In this document: positions 1 to 9,361 of the stretch, one piece after another
Layout of the letters: every line of letters begins with the position of its first letter
How positions within the stretch are numbered: the stretch's first letter is position 1
Assembly (NCBI GenBank): GCA_000166095.1
Contig: CP002278.1
Span: forward strand, 930,001-962,000
Length of the DNA stretch: 32,000 nucleotides
Direction: 5' to 3'
Source: Methanothermus fervidus DSM 2088
Lineage (GTDB): Archaea > Methanobacteriota > Methanobacteria > DSM-2088 > Methanothermaceae
Program-made: the position numbers and the translations under genes
Notes under the pieces: generated by a model
What the model saw: the letters and a program-made list of their open reading frames with translations, nothing else
Told to the model about the DNA's origin: nothing
Databases searched by the model: none

Positions 1-1
1 A

Positions 2-634
2 TCTGAATTAGTGACAGGGGAAATTGAAATAGATAAAGATAAATGTATATTCTGTGGTGTTTGTGAGGAAATGTGTCCAGCAGCAGCTATAGAAATAGAA
101 TGGAAAGAACCTACATCTATTGATCCATCAACTGCTAACGATATACGGGTAGATGAGAAAAAATGTGTATATTGTATGATTTGTAAAAGAGTTTGTCCTG
201 TAAATGCAATAAAAGTGATATGTAAAGTTTGTCCATACGGAGAATACGAAATAAAAGAACCAGAAATAAAAGGAAGTACATATATAGACTCAGAATTATG
301 TGTTAATTGTGGATGGTGTCAGGAAACATGTCCAGTTGATGCTATAAAAATTGAGAAACCATTTGAAGGAACTGTGGAAATAAATGAGGAATTATGTCAA
401 GGATGTGCAACATGTGTCGAGGTATGTCCATGTAATGCATTATCATTCCCAAAACCATCAAAACCTGGAGAAAAACCACAAAAATTACACATAGAAGAAA
501 AATTCTGTGTTTATTGTGGCGCTTGTGAAAAAGCTTGTCCAACAGATGCAATAAAAGTTAGGAGAACTAATATAAAACATACGCCAATATTATCAAAAGC
601 TTGGAAAGTAAGATTCGACAGTCTAAAAGAATAA
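2..634 (+). CDS. fwdF: Formylmethanofuran dehydrogenase subunit F, polyferredoxin (5'-truncated by window edge)
   Basis: Frame is open to the window edge upstream of the GTG at 11. Five CxxCxxCxxxCP motifs ([60 protein letters not shown]). Lies directly upstream of fwdG/D/A/C/B. Confidence 0.9.
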   Translation, partial: SELVTGEIEIDKDKCIFCGVCEEMCPAAAIEIEWKEPTSIDPSTANDIRVDEKKCVYCMICKRVCPVNAIKVICKVCPYGEYEIKEPEIKGSTYIDSELCVNCGWCQETCPVDAIKIEKPFEGTVEINEELCQGCATCVEVCPCNALSFPKPSKPGEKPQKLHIEEKFCVYCGACEKACPTDAIKVRRTNIKHTPILSKAWKVRFDSLKE

Positions 635-649
635 AAGGAGGTTCTAAAA

Positions 650-898
650 TTGGCATTGGAATTAAAAGTATATCCAGACCTTTGTCATGGTTGTGGAAAT
701 TGTGTTGTAGCCTGCCCTGTAAATGCATCAAATAATCCTGACGTTGCAGGAGGAAAAGGTCCAACAGAAGACAATAAATTGGTTATAATAGTTGAAGATG
801 GAACTGTAACTATTTTAAATCCTGAATTGTGTGAAAAATGTGGAACATGCGTTGAATCTTGCCCTGTTGACGCAATAAGATTGGAGGAATCAAAATGA
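650..898 (+). CDS. fwdG: Formylmethanofuran dehydrogenase subunit G, 2x[4Fe-4S] ferredoxin
   Basis: 82 aa; CHGCGNCVVACP and CEKCGTCVESCP motifs; GGAGG upstream of the start; operon context. Confidence 0.9.
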   Translation: MALELKVYPDLCHGCGNCVVACPVNASNNPDVAGGKGPTEDNKLVIIVEDGTVTILNPELCEKCGTCVESCPVDAIRLEESK

Positions 899-1278
899 AG
901 GCAATATTAAATACAGGAAGGACAATATGGCAAGGACAGGCAATAGAAGCAGGTAAGGATTTAGATTTATATATAGATGCAGCAGCTGTTGTATATATGA
1001 ATCGTGAAATGATGAATGAATTAGGAGTAAAGGAAGGAGATAATGTTAAGGTCAAATCAAAATATGGAGAAGTAGTTGTTAAAGTTGTAGAAGCAAAAGA
1101 ACCCTTACCAGAAGGGATGATATATATTCCTATGGGTCCTTGGGCAAATAAGGTTGTTAGACCAAATACCGATTCTACTGCAACACCAAGTTTTAAAAAT
1201 GTTCCTGTTGAAGTGGAACCAACTGATGAAGAAGTTCCCGACATGCCTACTTTAATGAAAACTTATGGAAAAGAATAG
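895..1278 (+). CDS. fwdD: Formylmethanofuran dehydrogenase subunit D (molybdopterin dinucleotide-binding fold)
   Basis: 127 aa; 4-nt overlap with fwdG (ATGA); typical MNxxMMNELGVKEGDNVKVKSKYGEVVVKV beta-barrel pattern; operon position. Confidence 0.9.
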   Translation: MKAILNTGRTIWQGQAIEAGKDLDLYIDAAAVVYMNREMMNELGVKEGDNVKVKSKYGEVVVKVVEAKEPLPEGMIYIPMGPWANKVVRPNTDSTATPSFKNVPVEVEPTDEEVPDMPTLMKTYGKE

Positions 1279-1291
1279 GGGTGAATTAAAA

Positions 1292-3031
1292 ATGGAATAC
1301 ATAATAAAGAATGGTTTTGTTTACTGTCCTTTAAATAATATTGACGGAGAAAAAATGGATATTTGTGTAAAAGATGGTAAAATTGTTGAAGATGTAAGTA
1401 GCGATGCCAAAATAATAGATGCGAGCGGAAAAATAGTAATGCCTGGTGGTGTAGACCCACATGCACATTTAGCTGGAGGAAAAGTAAACGTTGGACGAAT
1501 GTATCGTCCTGAAGATAGTAGACGGGATGTTGAACCTAAAATTAAAGGAGGAAGATCTGGTAGTGGATTTTCAGTGCCTTCAACTTTTATGGCTGGATAT
1601 AGATTCGCACGTATGGGTTATACAACTGTAATGGAAGCTGCAATGCCTCCTTTATTAGCAAGACATACACATGAAGAATTCCATGATACTCCAATCGTTG
1701 ACCATGCTGCATATCCGCTATTTGGTAACAATTGGTTTGTAATGGAATATTTAAAAGAAGGTGATATAGACTCATGTGCAGCATATGTGTCTTGGTTGTT
1801 AGAAGCAACAAAAGGATATACCATTAAAATTGTAAATCCTGGAGGAACTGAAGCTTGGGGATGGGGAGGTAACGTACATAGTTTGGATGATCCAGTACCT
1901 TATTTTGAGATTACACCAAGAGAAATAATAAGAGGTCTTGCTGAAGTAAATGAAAAACTTCAACTACCACATTCAATACACTTACACTGCAACAATTTAG
2001 GACATCCTGGCAATTATGAAACTACTCTTGAATCATTCGAAGTTCCTAAAGGTATAAAACCAAATCCTGCTACAGGAGAAAGAGATACAGTTATTTATGC
2101 AACTCACGTCCAATTCCATAGTTATGGTGGAACAACATGGAGAGATTTTGAGTCAGAGGCTCCAAAAATAGCTGATTATGTGAATAAACATGATCATATA
2201 ATTATAGATGTTGGTCAAGTGACTCTTGATGAAACAACTACAATGACAGCCGACGGACCAATGGAATATGATTTACATTCATTAAATGGTTTAAAATGGG
2301 CAAATTGCGATGTTGAACTAGAAACAGGTTCTGGAGTAGTTCCATTCATATATTCACCTAAAGCTCCAGTGCCTTCAGTACAATGGAGTATTGGTCTAGA
2401 GTTGTTTTTACTAATAAAAGATGCAAGTAAAGTATGCCTAACAACAGATCATCCTAATGGAGGACCATTTACAAGATATCCACGAATTATTGCATGGTTA
2501 ATGAGTAATGAATACAGAACAAAATATATAGAGGAAAAAGTTCATAATTGGGCTCAAAGAAGAGGAAACATTGCGACAATTGATAGAGAATATACATTCT
2601 TTGAAGTAGCACAAGTTACTAGAGCTACTGCAGCAAAAGTTTTAGGATTAAGTGAAAATAAGGGACATCTAGGTGTTGGTGCAGATGCTGACATTGCTAT
2701 TTATGACATAAATCCAGAAGAGATAGATCCATCAAAAGATTATATGGAAATTGAAAAAGGATTTTCACGAGCCTCATATGTTTTAAAAGATGGAAAAATC
2801 GTAGTTAAAGATGGAAAAGTTGTTAGACCAAGATTACATGGTAGAACTTACTGGTCCAAGAGTAGAATAGAAAATGAAGACATCGTTGAAGAAGTAATGA
2901 AAGATGTCAAAGAAAGATTTAGACAATATTACTCAGTGAATTTTGATAACTACCCTGTTCAAAAAGCATACTTCCCACGTTTAGTTGCAGTTGAAGGTGC
3001 TAATTCACATATCCCCTTGCCTTCTGTATGA
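1292..3031 (+). CDS. fwdA: Formylmethanofuran dehydrogenase subunit A (amidohydrolase)
   Basis: ATG at 1292 after GGGGTGA; amidohydrolase signature GGVDPHAHLAGGKVNVGR, SIHLHCNNLGHPGNYETT, TTDHPNGGPFTRYPRI. The ORF track start at 1265 is probably too early. Confidence 0.95.
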   Translation: MEYIIKNGFVYCPLNNIDGEKMDICVKDGKIVEDVSSDAKIIDASGKIVMPGGVDPHAHLAGGKVNVGRMYRPEDSRRDVEPKIKGGRSGSGFSVPSTFMAGYRFARMGYTTVMEAAMPPLLARHTHEEFHDTPIVDHAAYPLFGNNWFVMEYLKEGDIDSCAAYVSWLLEATKGYTIKIVNPGGTEAWGWGGNVHSLDDPVPYFEITPREIIRGLAEVNEKLQLPHSIHLHCNNLGHPGNYETTLESFEVPKGIKPNPATGERDTVIYATHVQFHSYGGTTWRDFESEAPKIADYVNKHDHIIIDVGQVTLDETTTMTADGPMEYDLHSLNGLKWANCDVELETGSGVVPFIYSPKAPVPSVQWSIGLELFLLIKDASKVCLTTDHPNGGPFTRYPRIIAWLMSNEYRTKYIEEKVHNWAQRRGNIATIDREYTFFEVAQVTRATAAKVLGLSENKGHLGVGADADIAIYDINPEEIDPSKDYMEIEKGFSRASYVLKDGKIVVKDGKVVRPRLHGRTYWSKSRIENEDIVEEVMKDVKERFRQYYSVNFDNYPVQKAYFPRLVAVEGANSHIPLPSV

Positions 3032-3041
3032 GGTGATATTC

Positions 3042-3854
3042 ATGAAAGAATTAATATTAGTTCCAAAAGATCAGCCAGAAGTACCACTTGAAGCTCCTGT
3101 AATAAAACCAGATGTTTTTGCAGGTAAAAAGATAAAAGAAATTGAAGAATTAGAAATTAGACAAGGTAATACAGTGGTAAAATTATCAGAGTTTTTTGAT
3201 GTCAGTGGTAAAACTTCAGAAAATCCAAATGAATTACGAATAGTTATAGATGGCGATGCAAACAGGACAAAAAGAATAGGTGAAGAAATGAAAAGCGGTG
3301 AAATCATTGTCAATGGCGATGTGAACATGTATGTAGGAGCAGCGATGAGAGGTGGAAGGATTGTTGTTAATGGCAACGCAGATTCATGGGCAGGTCAAAA
3401 TATGCAAGGTGGAGAATTAATAATCAAAGGAGATGCTGGAGATTATTTAGGTTCTGCCTACCGTGGCGACTGGAGAGGCATGAAAGGTGGTACAATAATT
3501 GTTCATGGAAATGTTGGAAATGAAATAGCAGAATATATGCGTGGAGGAAAAATAATAGTCAAAGGAAATGCAAATATAATGCCAGGAATACATATGAATA
3601 ACGGACTTTTAATCATTGAAGGAGATGTAGTAGCAAGAGTCGGAGCTGAAATGTTAGGAGGAACCATTGTAGTTAAAGGTGTTATAGAGGAATTTTTACC
3701 AGGATTTGAATATTTAGGAGTTGAAAAAGATATCAATGTCCAAAATGAGTCAATTTCTGGTTTATATTATAAATTTAGAGGAGATTATGCTGTTAAAGGT
3801 GCGAAAGGAATTGTTTATGCCGCTGTCGGAAAAAACGACCATATAATACCTTAA
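3042..3854 (+). CDS. fwdC: Formylmethanofuran dehydrogenase subunit C (GltB C-terminal-like beta-helix)
   Basis: ATG at 3042 after AGGTGA; G-xx-GG-xI-xV-xG repeat (MRGGRIVVNGNADSWAGQNMQGGELIIKGDAGDYLG...). Confidence 0.93.
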   Translation: MKELILVPKDQPEVPLEAPVIKPDVFAGKKIKEIEELEIRQGNTVVKLSEFFDVSGKTSENPNELRIVIDGDANRTKRIGEEMKSGEIIVNGDVNMYVGAAMRGGRIVVNGNADSWAGQNMQGGELIIKGDAGDYLGSAYRGDWRGMKGGTIIVHGNVGNEIAEYMRGGKIIVKGNANIMPGIHMNNGLLIIEGDVVARVGAEMLGGTIVVKGVIEEFLPGFEYLGVEKDINVQNESISGLYYKFRGDYAVKGAKGIVYAAVGKNDHIIP

Positions 3855-3870
3855 AAGGAGGTTTTATAAA

Positions 3871-5169
3871 TTGAAATTAGTTAAAAATGTTGTATGTCCA
3901 TTCTGTGGAACTTTATGTGATGATATAATTGTAAAAGTAGAAGGAAATGAAATTGTTGGAACAATGAATGCCTGCCGTATTGGTCACAACAAATTTGTTC
4001 ATACGGAAGGTGCAACACGTTATAAAAAACCATTGATGAAAAAAAATGGTAAATGGGTCGAAATTAGTTATGAAGAAGCAATTGAAAAGACAGCAGAAAT
4101 CTTGGCAGAATCAAAAAGACCTTTACTTTATGGGTGGAGTTGTACTTCATGTGAAGCTCACAGTGTAGGTCTGGAACTTGCTGAAGAATGTGGTGCTGTT
4201 ATAGATAACACAGCGTCAGTATGTCATGGTCCTTCAATCCTTGCTGTTCAGGATGTTGGATATCCTATTTGTACACTTGGAGAAGTAAAAAATAGAGCAG
4301 ATGTCGTAGTTTATTGGGGTTGCAATCCAATGCATGCACATCCTCGACATTTATCACGCCATGTATTCTCAAGAGGATTTTTCAGAGATAGAGGTAGAGT
4401 TGATAGAACTTTAATAGTTGTGGATCCAAGAAAAACAGATACTGCAAAATTAGCAGATATACATTTACAAGTTGAATATAATAGGGATTATGAATTAATA
4501 GATGCCATGAGAACAATGATTCAAGGACATGACATACTTTATGATGAAGTAGCAGGAGTACCTAAAGATCTAATTGAAGAAGCCGTCGAAACAATGAAAA
4601 ATGCACAATTTGGTATATTATTCTTTGGTATGGGGCTTACTCACAGCCGAGGTAAACATAGGAACATAGATACAGCAATAATGATGGTTGAGGATCTAAA
4701 CGATTATGCAAAATTCAATCTTATACCTATGCGAGGTCACTACAATGTCACAGGATTCAATCAAGTAGCTGCTTGGGAAAGTGGTTATCCATACTGTGTA
4801 GATTTTTCAACAGATGTTCCAAGATACAATCCTGGAGAAACTGGTGCAAATGATTTACTTCAAAATAAAGAAGCAGACGCAATGATGGTTGTTGCATCTG
4901 ATCCTGGAGCACATTTCCCACAAAAAGCAATAGAAAGGATGGCAGAGATACCACTAATTGCTATAGAACCACACCGAACACCAACAACAGAGTTAGCAGA
5001 TATAATAATACCTCCAGCTATTGTTGGACTTGAAGCTGAAGGAAGTGCATATAGAATGGAAGGAGTACCATTGAGAATGAAAAAAGTTGTTGATACTGAT
5101 TTACCATCTGATGAAGAAATATTGAAAGATATACTTAAGAAAGTAAGAGAAATAAAGTCAGGTAAATAA
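3871..5169 (+). CDS. fwdB: Formylmethanofuran dehydrogenase subunit B (catalytic, bis-MGD; Cys-type)
   Basis: N-terminal CPFCGTLCDDI iron-sulfur motif; SVCHGPS active-site motif with TGT (Cys), not TGA; YWGCNPMHAHPRH; TTG start after AAGGAGG. Confidence 0.94.
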   Translation: MKLVKNVVCPFCGTLCDDIIVKVEGNEIVGTMNACRIGHNKFVHTEGATRYKKPLMKKNGKWVEISYEEAIEKTAEILAESKRPLLYGWSCTSCEAHSVGLELAEECGAVIDNTASVCHGPSILAVQDVGYPICTLGEVKNRADVVVYWGCNPMHAHPRHLSRHVFSRGFFRDRGRVDRTLIVVDPRKTDTAKLADIHLQVEYNRDYELIDAMRTMIQGHDILYDEVAGVPKDLIEEAVETMKNAQFGILFFGMGLTHSRGKHRNIDTAIMMVEDLNDYAKFNLIPMRGHYNVTGFNQVAAWESGYPYCVDFSTDVPRYNPGETGANDLLQNKEADAMMVVASDPGAHFPQKAIERMAEIPLIAIEPHRTPTTELADIIIPPAIVGLEAEGSAYRMEGVPLRMKKVVDTDLPSDEEILKDILKKVREIKSGK

Positions 5170-5177
5170 CCCCTTCC

Positions 5178-6230
5178 CTATTTTTTTTCTATTATATGTA
5201 CAGCAGAAGCTTTAAATTGTATCCAAACTTCAGATCCTTTTTTAATTTCTAAATCTTCAAAAGATTTTTTGGTTAAATAAACATGGAAAATTTCTCCAAC
5301 ATCTACTATTAATTCCACAAGAGGACTACTATGTATCACATCGATAACATGTCCTTTAAATTCATTTAATGCACTAGTTCCAACCTTTTTCTTGGAAATT
5401 GTTATATCTTCTGGTCTTACAGTTACACACACTTTACCTTTGGCACTGTTTTTCTCTGCGGCTGTAATTTTTATATTACCTGTGTCAACAATAGTTAGAT
5501 CACCTTTTTTATATGCATTTCCAAATATTAGGTTTTTTACTCCGACAAAATTCGCTATAAATTCATTTTTAGGTTTTCTAAATATTTCTTCAGGCGTGCC
5601 CACTTGTAGAATTTTTCCATCTTTCATGATCCCAATTCTGTCTGCTAAAGCTAAAGCCTCTTTAAAATTATGTGTTACATGTAGTACACTAATATTAAAT
5701 CTTTCATGCATTCTTTTTAATTCCACCATTAGTTCGTCTCGGATTCTTTCATCCAAAGCACTCAAAGGTTCGTCTAAAAGTAATATTTTTGGTTCTATGA
5801 TTAATGCTCTTGCAAGAGCAACTCTTTGTTTTTCACCACCACTAAGAGTTCTTGGATATCTATGTAGTAGATGTTTTATCCCCAGAAGTTCAGCAATTTT
5901 TTTAACTTTTTTATCAATGTCGTTTTCTCCACGTACTTCCAAACCAAATGCTATATTTTCATGTACATTCTTATGTGGAAATAACATGTAATCTTGATAC
6001 ACAATACTTATATTTCTTTTTTCTGGAGGCAGGTATGTAACATCCCTTCCATCTATTATTATTTCACCAGAATCTGGGAACTCTACCCCAGCTATTAATT
6101 CTAAAAGTAATGTTTTCCCTGCACCAGAAGGGCCTAGTATAATAAAATACTCACCATCATTAACTTTTAAATTTATATTTTTTAATTTGAATTCTTTCCA
6201 ATCTTTATTTATATTTTTCAATTCAATCAT
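5178..6230 (-). CDS. wtpC: Tungstate/molybdate ABC transporter ATP-binding protein
   Basis: Walker A GPSGAGKT, signature LSGGEKQR, Walker B ILLLDEPLSALD; C-terminal TOBE-like region; next to wtpB/wtpA. Confidence 0.88.
   Translation of the reverse strand: MIELKNINKDWKEFKLKNINLKVNDGEYFIILGPSGAGKTLLLELIAGVEFPDSGEIIIDGRDVTYLPPEKRNISIVYQDYMLFPHKNVHENIAFGLEVRGENDIDKKVKKIAELLGIKHLLHRYPRTLSGGEKQRVALARALIIEPKILLLDEPLSALDERIRDELMVELKRMHERFNISVLHVTHNFKEALALADRIGIMKDGKILQVGTPEEIFRKPKNEFIANFVGVKNLIFGNAYKKGDLTIVDTGNIKITAAEKNSAKGKVCVTVRPEDITISKKKVGTSALNEFKGHVIDVIHSSPLVELIVDVGEIFHVYLTKKSFEDLEIKKGSEVWIQFKASAVHIIEKK
5181..5188 (+). terminator. Candidate U-rich transcription terminator of the fwd operon, inside the 3' coding end of wtpC
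   Basis: T8 run 12 nt after the fwdB stop; the same bases encode the E-K-K tail of wtpC on the minus strand. Confidence 0.4.
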
Positions 6231-6997
6231 CTTTTTTCACCTATCAGTGCTCTCATTATAATAAATACTGCGAGACATATCAATATTAGTACAACTGCAA
6301 CTGGCCTGGCTGAATTAAGACCAAAATTGACAAATCTGTCATAAATCAATGTGGGTGCTATCATTGGATAATATGCTAAAACAATAACTGCACCAAATTC
6401 ACTTATTGCTCTTGCCCAAGTCATTATACAGCCAACAGCTATGTTTCTAATGGTTAATGGTAGAGTTATTGTAAAAAATGTTTTAAAACTACTTGCACCT
6501 AAAGTTCTAGCAACTTTTTCTAATTTTGGATCTACAGATTCGAATCCTTCCCTTACAGAATTTATCATGAATGGAACACTTACAAACAACATTGCAATTA
6601 TTATACCGGGCATTGAGTCTACAAACACTAAACCTATCTTATTGAACATTGGACCAAGCAATCCTCTAGGTGCAAAAACTGTTAATAATGCTATTCCACT
6701 TACTGTATGTGGTATTACAACGGGTACATCGATAATTGCCTCAATAAAACCTTTCCCATAAAAATCATACCTTGCTAATACATAAGAAAGAGGTACACCG
6801 AAAATTAATGCAATTAATGTAGCAACTAATGCACAGTATATACTTACAGATATTGCGGTTATCACTTCATTTTCAAGAGCTGTATGTGCAATCTTTACAG
6901 GATTTTCAGATAATATCATCGATGCTATTGGAATAACTATGAATGCTACTAAAAACAAGCCTAAAGATATGAAAAATATTTTCATGTAATCTTTCAT
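6227..6997 (-). CDS. wtpB: Tungstate/molybdate ABC transporter permease
   Basis: 256-aa multi-TM protein with EAA-like loop (EKVARTLGASSFKTFFTITLPLTIRNIAVG); 4-nt overlap with wtpC. Confidence 0.88.
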   Translation of the reverse strand: MKDYMKIFFISLGLFLVAFIVIPIASMILSENPVKIAHTALENEVITAISVSIYCALVATLIALIFGVPLSYVLARYDFYGKGFIEAIIDVPVVIPHTVSGIALLTVFAPRGLLGPMFNKIGLVFVDSMPGIIIAMLFVSVPFMINSVREGFESVDPKLEKVARTLGASSFKTFFTITLPLTIRNIAVGCIMTWARAISEFGAVIVLAYYPMIAPTLIYDRFVNFGLNSARPVAVVLILICLAVFIIMRALIGEKR

Positions 6998-7034
6998 TTT
7001 TTTGTGCCTCCAAAAATTAAAAAAAGGAGAAAAA

Positions 7035-8063
7035 TTATTTTTTAGGTACTACAAAATTTCTTAATAGAGGTGGTATCTTGGAAATATCAACGGTTGACAC
7101 TGCTGGTACTATTGGTTCCTGGTAATTTCTTTTGAGAACTTCTTGTCCATCTCTACTTAATAGAAATTGAACGAATTTTTCAGCTAAGTCTTTATGTTTG
7201 GAATTATTAACAACTGTTATTCCATACACAATTGGTTTAAGCTTTACAACTTGTTTTTTTGTATCTGCATATTGTACTAAACTAATTTTTTTGTATTCTT
7301 TTTCATATTTTGTTGATTTTAAATTTAATTTTTCTGGTAATTCTACATATTTTAGTTTGTGTTGCATTGCTACACTCTTATAGATGATTAGATAATCTAT
7401 TTGGCCTGATTCAAGTGCAGATACTAAATCAACTTCCTTAGGACGTATCATAACTTTTTTATCTGGTTTAAGATCTGAAGGTGCATACACAACATACCCA
7501 CTATCATTTGCAACAGAAGTTATGCTTGTATGTTTAGCAATAAGATTTTCAAAAATCGTATCATTATTGTAATATTTGTTTGCTAATTGTATCATCATCA
7601 CTGCTCTATAACCACATGGATCTAAGTTAGGATTACTAAATCCATATTTTACATCTGGTCTCTGAAAGATTTGATACCAATTCTCACCATTTATTTCATT
7701 TTTATATTTACTCTTATCTGTGTAGGCTATAACTAACTCATTTCTAGCAAATTGGATGTTCCAAGTTGCATATTTTGGTATCATCCTTTTATCAATTAAA
7801 TCATAATCAGCTACAGCAACGATGTCACCAGGTTTTTTTAAATCCGTTATTTGCCTAATTGCCTCAGCACTACCATGTGATTCTATTTCAATTTTTACAT
7901 CAGGATTTCTGTTTTCAAATTCTTTGGCAGCATCAGTAAGAGGTTTAGCCAAACTACCAGCGCAATATATTTTTAGAGTAGTTTTATGGCTTTGTTGATA
8001 TGCAAGTACTCCAACACCTAATACTGCCAAAATGATTATTATTATTGCAATTTTCTTGTACAT
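7035..8063 (-). CDS. wtpA: Tungstate/molybdate ABC transporter substrate-binding protein
   Basis: Signal/anchor N-terminus, then CAGSLAKPLTDAAKEFENRNPDVKIEIESHGSAEAIRQITDL, NLDPCGYRAVMM; WtpA family; AGGAGGTG RBS. Confidence 0.9.
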   Translation of the reverse strand: MYKKIAIIIIILAVLGVGVLAYQQSHKTTLKIYCAGSLAKPLTDAAKEFENRNPDVKIEIESHGSAEAIRQITDLKKPGDIVAVADYDLIDKRMIPKYATWNIQFARNELVIAYTDKSKYKNEINGENWYQIFQRPDVKYGFSNPNLDPCGYRAVMMIQLANKYYNNDTIFENLIAKHTSITSVANDSGYVVYAPSDLKPDKKVMIRPKEVDLVSALESGQIDYLIIYKSVAMQHKLKYVELPEKLNLKSTKYEKEYKKISLVQYADTKKQVVKLKPIVYGITVVNNSKHKDLAEKFVQFLLSRDGQEVLKRNYQEPIVPAVSTVDISKIPPLLRNFVVPKK

Positions 8064-8106
8064 TTCTTCACCTCCTGCATGTCATGTTAAGTTACTTTAT
8101 ACGATA

Positions 8107-8119
8107 GATTTAATATATG
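8107..8119 (-). promoter_or_regulatory. Candidate TATA box for wtpABC
   Basis: Minus strand reads CATATATTAAATC about 45-55 nt upstream of the wtpA start, with AGGAGGTG RBS between. Confidence 0.45.
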
Positions 8120-8165
8120 CATTTCGTCTTTAATAAAGTAAGAAAGATTATTAAAGATATAAAAA

Positions 8166-9353
8166 CTAAGTTTTAATATTTTTTAAAATCGTTCTTGCAA
8201 TTTCTCTTGCTCCATCCCATCCCATGGTTTTAGCTTGTCCATGCATTACATCCACAACAGGTATTTTATATGTAAAAGAAAAACTTAATTCATTTGCTCC
8301 ACCTAAAATTATATCAACGTCTGTATCTTTCAAACGCTTTTCTATTTGGATTAAATCAGGTTCTATCAAAATTTCAGGTTCAAAATTGGTGTTGGATAAT
8401 ACAGTATTAAGATGTTTTAAGGTCTTTTCACCCACTAAATCTATAGATATAAGGACAGGCTCCATACCTAACTCTATTATAAAGTCTGTTAATGCTACAG
8501 CTCTAGTTGGTCCAGAAATTATAGCTACTTTACATCCTTTTAAATTTTTTATCAATTTATCCTTAATTTCTTTAAATTCAGCATATTCCTTTTCTAAAGG
8601 ATAATCTATATCAAAAAAATCCAATATTTTATTGAAAAAGCGATAAGTATTATTAAAACCTATAGGGAATGGATAATCAATGAATTCCATCCCAAATTTC
8701 TTTTTTAAAAATTTGGATGGTTTTATTGCAGATATATCACAAAATGAGTAATTTAGGTTGGCTTTAGTTAAATTTCTTATTTCCCTTATATTACATCCAG
8801 AAGTCAAAACACAGTTTACTCCAATTCCCATTTTTTTAAGTTCGTTTTTTAAATGTTTAAGATCTGGTCCGCCTCTATACATGCCAATGAAATTTATTAA
8901 TGGTTTATCACTTTTTTTACAAGGTTTAACAAGCTCTTTAATTAAAGTCATTATGGTATCTTCATATCCTTCATTTTGCCTTGCTTCAAATCCTCCAGCA
9001 CTTACAGCAATTATTTCTGCATTTATTTCATTTTTTATTTCCTTTACTACCCTGAAAACATCTTCACCAATGATACTTGTTGAGCAAGATGTAAGTACAG
9101 CTATCAAATCAGGCTTATAATATTTGTCAACTTTAACAATCGTATCTTTTAACTTTTTTTCAGCGCCAAAAACTACATCTTCCTGAGAAAGTTGTGTAGA
9201 GCATATTTTTACTTTTGAACCGCCCCTTAATGTTAGAAGATATCTCATGTGGTATGCACAACCAACAGGGCCATGAACAATAGGTATAGCATTTTTTATT
9301 CCCAGTATTGTTTTAATAGCTCCAAACAATTTACAGGTATGCATAGGTTCCAT
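8166..9353 (-). CDS. cfbD: Ni-sirohydrochlorin a,c-diamide reductive cyclase catalytic subunit (nitrogenase NifD-like), F430 biosynthesis
   Basis: 395 aa; nitrogenase component 1 motifs HGPVGCAYH, VLTSCSTSIIGEDV; methanogen context favours CfbD. Confidence 0.85.
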   Translation of the reverse strand: MEPMHTCKLFGAIKTILGIKNAIPIVHGPVGCAYHMRYLLTLRGGSKVKICSTQLSQEDVVFGAEKKLKDTIVKVDKYYKPDLIAVLTSCSTSIIGEDVFRVVKEIKNEINAEIIAVSAGGFEARQNEGYEDTIMTLIKELVKPCKKSDKPLINFIGMYRGGPDLKHLKNELKKMGIGVNCVLTSGCNIREIRNLTKANLNYSFCDISAIKPSKFLKKKFGMEFIDYPFPIGFNNTYRFFNKILDFFDIDYPLEKEYAEFKEIKDKLIKNLKGCKVAIISGPTRAVALTDFIIELGMEPVLISIDLVGEKTLKHLNTVLSNTNFEPEILIEPDLIQIEKRLKDTDVDIILGGANELSFSFTYKIPVVDVMHGQAKTMGWDGAREIARTILKNIKT

Positions 9354-9361
9354 TTTTACAC

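Noticed and set aside
3300-3720. Periodic GGxxT/GGAxxAAT-rich pattern resembling a DNA repeat array
   Set aside because: The periodicity follows the protein-level GG-x-hydrophobic beta-helix turns of FwdC; nucleotide units are too divergent to be a true repeat or CRISPR.
3071-3736. Minus-strand ORFs (101 and 77 aa) with Ile/Pro/Ser periodicity
   Set aside because: They mirror the Gly-rich beta-helix repeats of fwdC; a coding artefact rather than genes or DNA repeats.
3984-4230. Possible in-frame UGA/selenocysteine site in the fwdB active site
   Set aside because: The active-site codon in SVCHGPS is TGT (Cys) and the ORF is uninterrupted; no Sec recoding is needed.
5392-5991. 199-aa plus-strand ORF
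   Set aside because: Antisense to the ABC ATPase core of wtpC; no independent RBS or domain.
8224-9120. 126-aa and 120-aa plus-strand ORFs
   Set aside because: Antisense shadows of cfbD without domain signatures.
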